From an uncultured virus (IMG/VR IMGVR_UViG_3300044796_000596) (taxonomy: Duplodnaviria > Heunggongvirae > Uroviricota > Caudoviricetes): a DNA stretch of 64,000 bases. A program made the translations under genes and the position numbers. Below, piece after piece: positions 37,375 through 46,595 of the stretch (position 1 is its first letter; each line of letters begins with the position of its first letter). Under the pieces are notes generated by a model, which worked only from the letters and a program-made list of their open reading frames with translations, was not told where the DNA came from and did no database searches. The stretch lies in the IMG/VR virus record IMGVR_UViG_3300044796_000596. One strand, given 5' to 3'.

Positions 37375-38247
37375 CTACGCGGTTTCGCGAACAGCCAGAT
37401 CCGGTGCGGGATCCGGTGCGGGCTCTGTCGCCGGCGGATCGGTGTCCGCCCTCGCGCGATCCACGCTCCCGAGGTCCGCGAGCCGCTCGACGGTCTCACG
37501 AGCCGCTCGCGCGTCCGGGACGAACGGCTCCCGAACGAGCACGACCGCTCGCGCGTCCGGGACGAACGGCTCCCGAACGAGCACGACCGCTCGCGCGTCC
37601 GGGACGAACGGCTCCCGAACGAGCACGACCGCGTCACCCCCGGCGTCGCCCCCGTTGGGTACGTCGGGCACGTGATCCACGTGATCCACGTGATCCACGT
37701 GATCCGCGACGTGATCCGCAGGATCCAGGGGGCGCTCTTCGGCACCTTCAGACGGTTCGACACCTTGAGACGGTTGGTTCTGTTCGGCAATCTTGGACTG
37801 TTCGACGCCCTTGGGCTCTTCGGGCTCTTCGGGCTCTTCGGTCCGAGGGGGCTGTTCGGACGTCTCCCCAAGCGCCTCGGTCGCCGCCTCGGTCGCCGCC
37901 TCGGTCGCCTTCTCCTCGGTGGGCTTCGAGGGGAGAGCGGCGGGCTCGGAGAGGGTCTCGGAAACGACCTCGGAAACGTCGGCGGTCTTCCGCAGCACCT
38001 CGCGCGCGATGGCGCGAAGGAGCCGCTTGCCCGCCACGATTCGCGCGTCACCGGGTTCGGCACGCAGGAACATGCCGAGTTCGACACGAAGGTAATTCGC
38101 GGCGAGCGGCAGCGCATCGAGCGTGGCCCGAGCGATCTGCTCGCGCTCCGCCGGGTCGAGAAGCGCGGGAGCCTCGATGCGCTCCTCCATCGCGCGGAGC
38201 ATGCTCACCGCCTGGACCATTGCTTGCAACTCGGGACTCGTGCTCAT
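37375..38247 (-). CDS. acidic low-complexity protein with 42-bp x3 internal repeat
   Basis: Purine-rich SD; AVVLVREPFVPDAR x3. Confidence 0.65.
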   Translation of the reverse strand: MSTSPELQAMVQAVSMLRAMEERIEAPALLDPAEREQIARATLDALPLAANYLRVELGMFLRAEPGDARIVAGKRLLRAIAREVLRKTADVSEVVSETLSEPAALPSKPTEEKATEAATEAATEALGETSEQPPRTEEPEEPEEPKGVEQSKIAEQNQPSQGVEPSEGAEERPLDPADHVADHVDHVDHVDHVPDVPNGGDAGGDAVVLVREPFVPDARAVVLVREPFVPDARAVVLVREPFVPDARAARETVERLADLGSVDRARADTDPPATEPAPDPAPDLAVRETA

Positions 38248-38442
38248 GGACTCATCTCCCTCTCCACTCCTCGGGATCGTGCAGCTCCGCGTTCAGAGAG
38301 GCGCGCCGGTCGTGATCGTTCGGCTCGCTCGAATCGACGAACGTGTAGAGCGTGTAAAGCCACTCCCCCGTCGCGGGGTCGGGACGCCGCTCGTAAGGGA
38401 CCCGAGGCTCATTCTGCCCGCTGGGGGCCCGCTGGTGGGCGC

Positions 38443-38877
38443 TCACGCGACGGGATGCGAAGCGGGCGAGGCGGGCGACGCCGGGGGGGTGCCTTGACCG
38501 TCTGCTTGACCGTCTGCTGGACCGTCTGCTTGACCGTCTGCTTCGACGTGTGCTTGGAACGCTCTCGTCTGGAGCGCCATCTGGAGCTTCACGGCGTTGA
38601 GCGCGGCCTCGAGGTCGGTCACCTTCTTCGCGTCCCCCGCCGAGATGAAGCCGGCGGCCACGAGGAACAGAAACGCGACGTGTCCGTCGGCAGGGACCCA
38701 CGCCGGCCCGATGTGAGCGCGCGTGGCGATCTGCGACGCGACCTCCGCAAGGACACCGAGCGTACCGAGCGAGGTGCGCCAGTGCACCGTGATCCACGCG
38801 TACAGCGAGGCGAGGAACCCAGGAGCAGGAGCGGGAGCAGGAGCAGGAGCGGACGCAGTGATCGGAGAGGTGTCCAT
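38443..38877 (-). CDS. small 2-TM membrane protein (holin-like)
   Basis: WRTSLG helix and FLFLVAAGFISAGD helix; TACCGT 7 nt upstream. Confidence 0.5.
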   Translation of the reverse strand: MDTSPITASAPAPAPAPAPGFLASLYAWITVHWRTSLGTLGVLAEVASQIATRAHIGPAWVPADGHVAFLFLVAAGFISAGDAKKVTDLEAALNAVKLQMALQTRAFQAHVEADGQADGPADGQADGQGTPPASPASPASHPVA

Positions 38878-39339
38878 GCGCCGAACGGTAGCACCGCTCC
38901 GCGCGGCGTCGCTAGCGCAACGCGACCCGTGGTCTCGCCGTCCATCGCGTCGATCGCAGCGAAACCGGCGAGACCGGCGAGATCAGCGAGACCGGCGAGA
39001 TCAGCGAGCGCGGACGCCGGACGACGAGACGCCGCTGGAGGGCGCACGCACGGCCGGTGTCTCACCGCTCCGATGCGCTGCGCGAGCGCACAGGCGCTCG
39101 AGCACCTCACGGCGATTCGGAGCTGGCGCCGGCGCCGGGTACGTCCCCGGGGAGGGGTTCGAAATCTCCGCAGCCTCCAGAAGTTCGTCCATGGCGTCGA
39201 GCACATCGTCGTCCGTGCACGGGTCTACTTTGCGGGCAGTGGCGGTCTTCATCGAGGTGCTCCTACGTTGCGTTCTGGTCATCGTATGCGAAGAGCACCC
39301 GGTTGCGGAAGGCCCCTCGTATTTCGCCGCGCGGCGAGG

Positions 39340-40014
39340 TCAGGTTCCGTTCCCTTCCTCGTCGCGCTCCTCCTGCTCGATCGTGATCTTCATGCGCTCC
39401 AAGATGCGGGCGAGCCGCTGGAGCACCTTCTCGCGGAAGCGAAGCTGCTGCGCGTCCGACTGGTCGTTGCGCGCGACGAGCTTTTCGAGCTCGCGGCGCG
39501 TCGCCACCGGCTCCATCGGGAGGTTGTTTGCGAGGGCCTGCATCTCGCGCCGGGTCACGACATCGGCGAGCGCCGCTTGAAGCTCGCGCCGGGTCACGAC
39601 ATCCGTCGGAGGCGCAGGGAGAGCGGCGAGCGTGGTCTGGAACTCGCGCCGCGTCACGACCTCCGCCATCGACACGACCCCGGGCGGCAGCGTGGAGGCC
39701 ATCGGGGAAGAGGGTCGATTCGCGAGCGCGGTCTCTACGGCGTGCTCGATCAGCACCTGCATCTCGTGCGCGGGCAACGCGAGCGGTGCGGGCTGTGCTA
39801 GCGCTGGCGCCGGTGGCGCCGGTAGCGCCGGTGCCGCGGGTTGCCCACCCACGTTCACGATCACCTGCGACGAGGTTTCCCCACTTTCGAGCTTCTTTTT
39901 GAGGAACTCGAACAGCCACTTGAGCCCCGGCCACACGAAGGAGACGAGGCCCGCTCCGCCGACCCATCCGGCGACGTGTACCAACCAGGTCGGAATCTGC
40001 GTCTGATCGGACAC
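39340..40014 (-). CDS. membrane-anchored coiled-coil protein
   Basis: N-terminal TM; repeated VVTRRE motifs; TACGAT 7 nt before the GTG. Confidence 0.6.
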   Translation of the reverse strand: MSDQTQIPTWLVHVAGWVGGAGLVSFVWPGLKWLFEFLKKKLESGETSSQVIVNVGGQPAAPALPAPPAPALAQPAPLALPAHEMQVLIEHAVETALANRPSSPMASTLPPGVVSMAEVVTRREFQTTLAALPAPPTDVVTRRELQAALADVVTRREMQALANNLPMEPVATRRELEKLVARNDQSDAQQLRFREKVLQRLARILERMKITIEQEERDEEGNGT

Positions 40015-40176
40015 GTAGAAGATCGTACATGGCCGCGGGCCCTCCAGCTAGAGAACCGCAAAACGTTGCAGAGCAAATACCGTTCCACACGGCATTTTTG
40101 CTTGTTTTGTATTCCGTGGCGGGACCTTGCATTTCACCCCTTGCGGCGGAGGCAAACCCCGGGGTACTCGTATTAC

Positions 40177-40440
40177 ATGCCCTCGCGCCCCCCCTCGCGG
40201 TACCACCATCGCAAGCGCCCGATCCTGCTCGTGACCGTCGATCCAGAGGTCGAGCTGGCGGTGCGAGCGCGGGCGACAGCCGCGAAGATGCCGCTGAGCC
40301 ACATGACCGACTGCTTGCTGCGCTTTGCGCTCGGCATGACCCCCGCCGTGGAGATCGCCATCGCCGGCGCCGCGCCGGCGCCGGCGGACGTGCCCGACGC
40401 GACCGACATCCCCGAACGAAACCGACGACGCGCTGCCTGA
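40177..40440 (+). CDS. small DNA-binding protein (ribbon-helix-helix-like)
   Basis: LLVTVDPEVELAVRARA..AKMPLS pattern. Confidence 0.5.
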   Translation: MPSRPPSRYHHRKRPILLVTVDPEVELAVRARATAAKMPLSHMTDCLLRFALGMTPAVEIAIAGAAPAPADVPDATDIPERNRRRAA

Positions 40441-40488
40441 TCGGGCCGTGCAAGGAGCCGCCGCCACACCTGTGGCGGCGGCGTCGTT

Positions 40489-42129
40489 TTGCCTTCGGAG
40501 GTCATCGTGTCGATGCAGCACGTCGGATCGGGAACGCAGGCGCGGCAAGCGGAACATGGCGGCGAAGAGGCGGGCCGTGGGATGGACGATGTCCATGGCG
40601 CGGATCATGGCGCGGATCATGGCGCGGATCATGGCGCGGATGACGGCGCGGGGGATCAGGAGGCCGCAAGCGGTCCGCGAGCGAAGACGGCCCGCCGCGG
40701 CAAGAAGGCGATCCACGCGAGCACGAACGATGCGCGCTGGAAGAAGGTCCTGCGCAATCCTGACGGCAGCCTTCGGCCCCTCACCGCGATCTCGGAGGTC
40801 GTCCGCTACTCGACCTGCTTGAATGCACGCGAGAAGCTCCTGCTCATCGCGCTCACGATCCTCTGCGACAACGCGACGTGCCGGATCGATGGCAAGGGCG
40901 AATTTGCAGTCACGATCCTCGAACTCGTCAAGATGGTCATGTTCTCGAAGAACACGATCCTGCGAGCCCTTCACGTCCTCGAACGACCCAGCCAGGAGAG
41001 GAACGAGTCGGACGCGGCCTACGCCGCACGGCTCGCGACCAGCGCGAACGTCGTCCGCGTGACGCGGCATAGCATCGGGAGCCGCCACCTCCCGAGTTCG
41101 TTCGAACTCCTGCCCGAGGCGATCCTCGCGCTGCCCCAGAAGCGCCCCGGCTCCTGGAACGAACGGTTTAAGAGCGCGAAGAGCGCGAAGAGCGCGAAGG
41201 GCACCACGAGCATCTCGGACGAGATGGCGCGTCAGGCGCGCGCGCTGGCGCGTCACACGTTTGCGCCGGACGACGTTCGAGCGCCCCTCCTCGCACGCGA
41301 GCTTGCCGACCTGGTGCACCGCTACGAGGTGGTGGTGCCCAAGCCGAAGGGTGACCGGACCGCCACTGAACGCGTGAAGGGTCGTGCCAAGACGGCACCG
41401 AAGTCGACGGCTACCCCGTCGACGGCTACCCCGCAGTTTGCTCTGCCGTTTTCCCCTCTCGAACACGAGGCGAACGCCGCTGCGTTGGCCGCCAGCGACG
41501 CCGCGAAGGCGGCGGCGGAGACGCCGGCAACGCACGCCGTTGGCACCACGAATGGCACCATGAATGGCACCACGAAGGGCACCATGAACGATGGTGCCAA
41601 CGTGGCGCCGGAGGTCGCGCCGAAGGCGGCGCCGGTGGCCGTTTCGAACGTCTCGGTGGTCACGGGTGGCACCATCAACACGCCGGCGGTCCAGGCGCCT
41701 CCGGCGGTCCACACGCCTCCAGCGGTCCAGGCGCCCGCGCTCGCCGTCGCTCCTCGTTCGGCCGCTCGACCGGCCGCTGCCGCGCCGACCGCTGCCGCGC
41801 CGGGTGAAATCTCCGACGCCGACCGCGCGGCATGGGTCCGCGTGCTCGGAACCCAGAAGCACAAGTTCTGCGCGGGGCTCCTCGAAGCGATGGACAGGAA
41901 TGGCGGCGTGCTCCGGCTTTCGCCTCTGCAACGTCCGGCGCTTGATCGCGTCATCAAGGAACAGTCCCAGGAGGGCCCCGGGCTCGCGAAGCGCAAGTTC
42001 AACTCGGGAAAACAAGAGGGCGCGGACGAGTATTTTGATCGAATCGATCGACTGAAGCGCGCGCAGCGCGCGCGAGAGAAGGCGGAGCGCGAGCTGCAAG
42101 CGCAGCAAATGGGAACCGGCACGGGATAA
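40489..42129 (+). CDS. putative replication initiator (wHTH)
   Basis: LNAREKLLLIAL...TILELVKMVMFSKNTILRALHVLE; directly upstream of a DnaC-like ATPase. Confidence 0.55.
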   Translation: MPSEVIVSMQHVGSGTQARQAEHGGEEAGRGMDDVHGADHGADHGADHGADDGAGDQEAASGPRAKTARRGKKAIHASTNDARWKKVLRNPDGSLRPLTAISEVVRYSTCLNAREKLLLIALTILCDNATCRIDGKGEFAVTILELVKMVMFSKNTILRALHVLERPSQERNESDAAYAARLATSANVVRVTRHSIGSRHLPSSFELLPEAILALPQKRPGSWNERFKSAKSAKSAKGTTSISDEMARQARALARHTFAPDDVRAPLLARELADLVHRYEVVVPKPKGDRTATERVKGRAKTAPKSTATPSTATPQFALPFSPLEHEANAAALAASDAAKAAAETPATHAVGTTNGTMNGTTKGTMNDGANVAPEVAPKAAPVAVSNVSVVTGGTINTPAVQAPPAVHTPPAVQAPALAVAPRSAARPAAAAPTAAAPGEISDADRAAWVRVLGTQKHKFCAGLLEAMDRNGGVLRLSPLQRPALDRVIKEQSQEGPGLAKRKFNSGKQEGADEYFDRIDRLKRAQRAREKAERELQAQQMGTGTG

Positions 42130-42208
42130 CCCGTCGCCGGGGTCGCTGGGGAACGCGGGGAACGCGGGGGACACGGGGAACGCGGGGGACACGGGAAAAG
42201 GGAGCATC

Positions 42209-43558
42209 ATGGGGAGTACGGCAGGCAAGAGGCGGGAGAAGAACGGGGCAGCGACGAAGGGGGCGACGGCGAAGGGAGCGACAGCGAAGGGTGCTCCCGT
42301 GCCTGCGCGACCGAAGGCCAAGGCGCTTCGCGCGAAGGACACCACGGCCAAGAGAAGGCGCCTCGAAGCTTCGAACGACTCCGCGAATCCCGCGATTGAT
42401 CCCGCGATCGCTCCCGTGATCGCTCCCGTGATCGCTCCCGTGATCGCTCCCGTGATCGCTTCCGCGATGGATCCCGTCATGGTCGATCCGATGGCCCATC
42501 CCATCGGGATCCCGATGAAGGACGCGAAGGGCCAATGGCAATGGGTGGACCCGGACACGCTCCCGAGCGACGTGCCCCTTGCCGAAGCGCAAGCGACGCT
42601 CGTGCGGCGCCGCGAGGAGCTTCACATCCTTCCCGCGACACCGGAGCAGGCCGCTGCTTCCGCGCGCTGGCATGAGACCCTGGCGAAGCGCAAGACCGAG
42701 ACGCTCGGCGATGCCATTCGCGACGCCGCTCGCTCCGTCGGCATCGAGCTTCCGGTTGTGGCACCCGGTGCGCGCGTGAAGCGCCCGAACTTCCCGCTGC
42801 CGCCGCTCGTCGCGGCCGATGCGGAGCCCGAACGCATGCCCATCACCGATCCGGAACAGCTCCAGTTCGCCCGCTTCGACGCGGACATCCCCGTGTGCTT
42901 CACCGTGTGCCCCGGGGGATGTCCCTACACCGACGGCGATCTCGTCTGTCTTCGCTGCAAGAGGCGCCTCGTGCCGGTCACCTGGTCACTCCTCGCGAAC
43001 CTCGAAGGGAAAGGGGGCATGGGCATTCCCGCGCTCGGCCGGGTGGAAACCGTCGACGGTATCTTCCTGAAGGGCGTTGCCGCCATCCTCGAATTGAAGG
43101 CGCGCTTGCGCGCCTCGCGACAGGTCGTACTCCTCGGCAAGAGCCGCGTCGGCAAGAGCATCTCCATCGCCGCGTACGCGGATACCGAGATTCGCGCGGG
43201 CGCCGAACGCGTCCGGTGGATGAGCCCGTTCGCGATCCGGGACAGCGCCATCGACCGCGCTCTCGGCGCGAAGACCCTCATCATCGACGACATCGGGGAG
43301 GAGGTCGCCACGGCGTCGGAGGACACCGGCCTCTCGGCGCAGCGCGTGGCTCCGCTCGCCGAGGTGATGGCTGCGCTCGCGCGCTCGCGCGGCAAGAAGC
43401 TCATCGTCACGACGTTCATGGATCGCAAGAGAATGGACAAGCACTACGGCGGCGGCGTCGCTGCGCGCGTTTTCGACGGCGCGGACGTCGTTCGACTTCA
43501 TCACCATCAGGACGAAGACGACGAAGAGGCGACAGCGCTGGATCACTCTCCGGAGTGA
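42209..43558 (+). CDS. DnaC/IstB-like AAA+ ATPase (helicase loader)
   Basis: Walker A GKSRVGKS, Walker B LIIDDIGEE, LIVTT, YG..VAARV. Confidence 0.7.
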   Translation: MGSTAGKRREKNGAATKGATAKGATAKGAPVPARPKAKALRAKDTTAKRRRLEASNDSANPAIDPAIAPVIAPVIAPVIAPVIASAMDPVMVDPMAHPIGIPMKDAKGQWQWVDPDTLPSDVPLAEAQATLVRRREELHILPATPEQAAASARWHETLAKRKTETLGDAIRDAARSVGIELPVVAPGARVKRPNFPLPPLVAADAEPERMPITDPEQLQFARFDADIPVCFTVCPGGCPYTDGDLVCLRCKRRLVPVTWSLLANLEGKGGMGIPALGRVETVDGIFLKGVAAILELKARLRASRQVVLLGKSRVGKSISIAAYADTEIRAGAERVRWMSPFAIRDSAIDRALGAKTLIIDDIGEEVATASEDTGLSAQRVAPLAEVMAALARSRGKKLIVTTFMDRKRMDKHYGGGVAARVFDGADVVRLHHHQDEDDEEATALDHSPE

Positions 43559-44289
43559 CCGGAGTGACGAGCGTGACGAGCGTGAGGAGGATCCACCTGC
43601 CCGGCGTCGGGGACAGGTACGATGGCGTCGGAACGAACGTCACGCTCAACGGGCGACCCGTCACCGAAGTCGAGACGGCGATGCAAGGCCCGAAGATTCG
43701 ACCCATCTATCCGGCGCTCGGCCTTCCCGATCCCGTCCTTGAGCGCGAACAAGCGCTTCTCGGCGCCGTCCTGCTCGATTGGTGCGAGATCGAAGACGTC
43801 GACCGCGCGATCGAGAACCCCTTCCTTCGCCAGATCGTCGACGCCTTGGCTCAGATCGAGCTCGGCACCGGCGACCGCGTGACCCTCGCCATCCAGTGGT
43901 GCCGCGGGCTTGGCATCGACCGCGTCCTGCTCGGTGCCTCGCGCTCGAGGGGCTTCCTCGCCGGATGCGTCCACCGCGCCAGGCAGATGCCCGGACCTCG
44001 ACCGACGCGTCAGCGCCCTCGTCCAGAGAACAGAGTCGTCATCGACGAGAAACCCGCTCAGGAGGCGCCGCTGGACGACGCCTGGACGTCGCCGCCTCCC
44101 GACGCGCTTCCCGACGCGCTTCCCAACGCGCTTCCCGACGCGCTTCCCGACGCGCTTCCCGAGGAGGGATCGGCCATGCCTCCCGAGGACGACGTGCCCG
44201 AGCACATGCCCGAGGACATGCCCGACGACGAGCAGCCCCTCTTCGACCCTTCCTTCGATTCCTACGACCCTTCCTTCGACGAGCCCTGA
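43555..44289 (+). CDS. protein with DnaB-helicase N-terminal-like motif and acidic tail
   Basis: EREQALLGAVLLD; GTGA coupling to the upstream gene. Confidence 0.5.
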   Translation: MTGVTSVTSVRRIHLPGVGDRYDGVGTNVTLNGRPVTEVETAMQGPKIRPIYPALGLPDPVLEREQALLGAVLLDWCEIEDVDRAIENPFLRQIVDALAQIELGTGDRVTLAIQWCRGLGIDRVLLGASRSRGFLAGCVHRARQMPGPRPTRQRPRPENRVVIDEKPAQEAPLDDAWTSPPPDALPDALPNALPDALPDALPEEGSAMPPEDDVPEHMPEDMPDDEQPLFDPSFDSYDPSFDEP

Positions 44290-44892
44290 CGCGCGTTCCG
44301 CGGACGCTTCGCGTCGATCGTTGCGCCGGCCGCGTCCCGTCACGCCCGTGAAGAGGCGCCGGACGAGGTAGCTCGACGACACGGCGCGGCTCGTCGCGTC
44401 GTCTGCTTGGCACCATCAAAAACCATCCGTTTGGCACCCCCCTGGGCGTGTTTTCGATGGTTCACAGGTGGCGTCGGCGTGTGCCTGGAGGTGCCAAGAC
44501 GGACCCGTTGCGTGGTTCACGTCTGGACTGCGTGATGGTGCAGGGCTGGCACGCTCTGATCTGCTTCTCCAGAACCTGCTCTACGATCTACACAAGAGAG
44601 AGAGCAGATACGCTCGTGGTGAGAATTTTTAAGAAGTTTCCCGAGAGGAGACGAGAGCGCCTGCGGCGCCAGCACCGGACGGGGAGCGCCACACGAGCGA
44701 GGACAACGGGGTGTCGTCAGGGGGGCGGCGCGCGGGTCACCCGGAGGCGCGGGGGCTGCCCGGGGGGGCCGCGGGGGCTGGCGCGGGAGGGGGCGGCGCG
44801 CGGGTGCGCAGGATGGCCGCGCCGGCCCGTGGCGTGCCCGTGGAGGGGCGCGCGGGTCGGCCTCCACACCGGAGGGCCTCGTCGGGGGTGGC

Positions 44893-46338
44893 TCAGTCCG
44901 CGGGGCCGCTCGTGCGACCGCTCGTGCGACCGCTCGTGTGACCGCTCGTGCGACCGCGGGGGCGGCGCGTCTTGGCCCCGAGAAGCTTCGGTCCCGCGGG
45001 CGGCGCCGAGGCGTTGGGAACGAGGCCCAGCGTCCCTTCCATCCACGCGTTGAACGTGCGGCCGATCTGGTTCAAGAACGGCTCCAGCGGCTCCACGTCG
45101 CGGAGCTTCTCGTTTGCCGCGTTGGCGGCGTCGATCTCTTCGTGCTTCTTCGCACGGAGCAACGCTTCGACGAGCCGTCGTTCGCCTGTCTCCGCCCCGT
45201 TCGGTCCGCTTGCGCTTGTTGCGCTCGCACGGTTTGCGCTCCCGAGATGCGCCCCGATCTTCGCGAAGGCTCCCTCGTACATGGCTCTGCCTTTCGCGCA
45301 GAGTCCTTGGGTCATCTCACCCCCGCCGTGCACGCAGCAGCCGGCCTCGTCGTTGCCCCAGCACCGTGAGACGGGGTGGATCCGGCGCACTCCGTAGCCG
45401 AAGGGGTGCACGTGGTCGCCATGGCAGACCGGACACGTGACCGCGTGATCGAACGTGTCGGCTGCCGCGAGCCGATCCCAGCCGTCGCTCTCCGCGCCCA
45501 TCCGAGCGGCGCAGCCGGCGCACACGAGCGCGACCAGATCGAACGTCCCGCGCTGCATCACCGGGGAGGTCTGCGCCGCGCGGAAGGAGACCCCGATCGC
45601 GTCCTCGAGATATTTCGCCTTCGAGTTCCCGAGGAGCTTGTAGAGCGTCTTGCCGACCCGGCCGTCGATCTTCTCGGGCAGGAGCATCGTGCACACCATC
45701 CTCGCGGCATCGGTGGCGCTGACGGTCGAGGACTGCGGGTCCGCGATCATCGAGGCGTATCCGATGGACCGGCCGTCCGAGCCGAGGAGCGAGGCACGCG
45801 CAGCGAGGAGCAGGGTGGCGGCGATCTGCTCCATCGGCGCGACGGGCGACAGGAGGAGGCCCATGTAGGCCGCCCGGAGCGCCGTCACGGCGCGGAGCAC
45901 CTCGGGGCCGACGCTGCCCTCCTCGGGGTCGTGGAGGCCCTGGCAGAGGAAGATGGGTCCGTGGCACTCGGCGCAGGACACGGGGCCGCGAGGGCGCTCC
46001 AGAAGGCCCTCGCGTAGGTCGTCGACCGTGACCGTGATGGGCGGCGGCGGCCTCTTTCCATCCTTTCCATCCTTTCCCTCTTTCCCCGTGGCTCTCGGAC
46101 GCTTCCGGCGAGGGCCCGGCGTCGGGTCGCCGTCGCGTGGCGTCGGGTCGCCCGGCACGGGGACGGGGTCGGAGTCGCCCGGCACGGGGTCGCCCGGCTT
46201 GCCCACGTCGCGTGGCGTCGGGTCGCCCGGGTCCTTGGGGCCGTCACCTCCGGAGGAACTGCTGGATTCTCTGGACCCCCCGGATCCTCCGCCCGTGCCG
46301 CCTTGGTGGAGCACGAGCCCGGTGCGCTTGTTCGCCAT
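44893..46338 (-). CDS. hypothetical Cys-rich protein
   Basis: CAEC, CAGC and CPVC motifs; low-complexity N-terminus. Confidence 0.6.
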   Translation of the reverse strand: MANKRTGLVLHQGGTGGGSGGSRESSSSSGGDGPKDPGDPTPRDVGKPGDPVPGDSDPVPVPGDPTPRDGDPTPGPRRKRPRATGKEGKDGKDGKRPPPPITVTVDDLREGLLERPRGPVSCAECHGPIFLCQGLHDPEEGSVGPEVLRAVTALRAAYMGLLLSPVAPMEQIAATLLLAARASLLGSDGRSIGYASMIADPQSSTVSATDAARMVCTMLLPEKIDGRVGKTLYKLLGNSKAKYLEDAIGVSFRAAQTSPVMQRGTFDLVALVCAGCAARMGAESDGWDRLAAADTFDHAVTCPVCHGDHVHPFGYGVRRIHPVSRCWGNDEAGCCVHGGGEMTQGLCAKGRAMYEGAFAKIGAHLGSANRASATSASGPNGAETGERRLVEALLRAKKHEEIDAANAANEKLRDVEPLEPFLNQIGRTFNAWMEGTLGLVPNASAPPAGPKLLGAKTRRPRGRTSGHTSGRTSGRTSGPAD

Positions 46339-46425
46339 GCTTCTCTCAGGAACGTAACACGCCGGACGCCGCGCGGGGTCTACCGAGGGGGCCTCGGGAC
46401 GTTCCGCGACGATTTCTGGACGAAA

Positions 46426-46590
46426 AGCCTACTCAAGAAATCCTAGGCTCGTCGTAGGCTCGTCGTAGGCTTTGTGTAGGCTTTTTCGAGGGCATTTTTT
46501 CGGGTGTCCGAGCCTAGGCCGATCCTAGGAGGTAGCCTACGCCGACCTCTCGGGGACGATTTCGACAAAAACCAAGGCTTCCCCTAGGCT
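46426..46590. promoter_or_regulatory. cluster of TAGGCT sites, four of them at 11-bp period, between divergent genes
   Basis: TAGGCT at 46444, 46455, 46466, 46477 and 46585; AGCCTA at 46426, 46511 and 46534. Confidence 0.6.
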
Positions 46591-46595
46591 CGGAC

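Noticed and set aside
37021..39801. 926-aa plus-strand ORF
   Set aside because: Antisense shadow of several minus-strand genes; Arg-rich with no motifs.
42209..43558. IS21 element (IstB)
   Set aside because: No IstA transposase or terminal repeats; the context fits a replication loader.
44290..44890. Possible ncRNA or origin downstream of the replication genes
   Set aside because: Only short repeats and G-rich tracts; no structure or family I can support.
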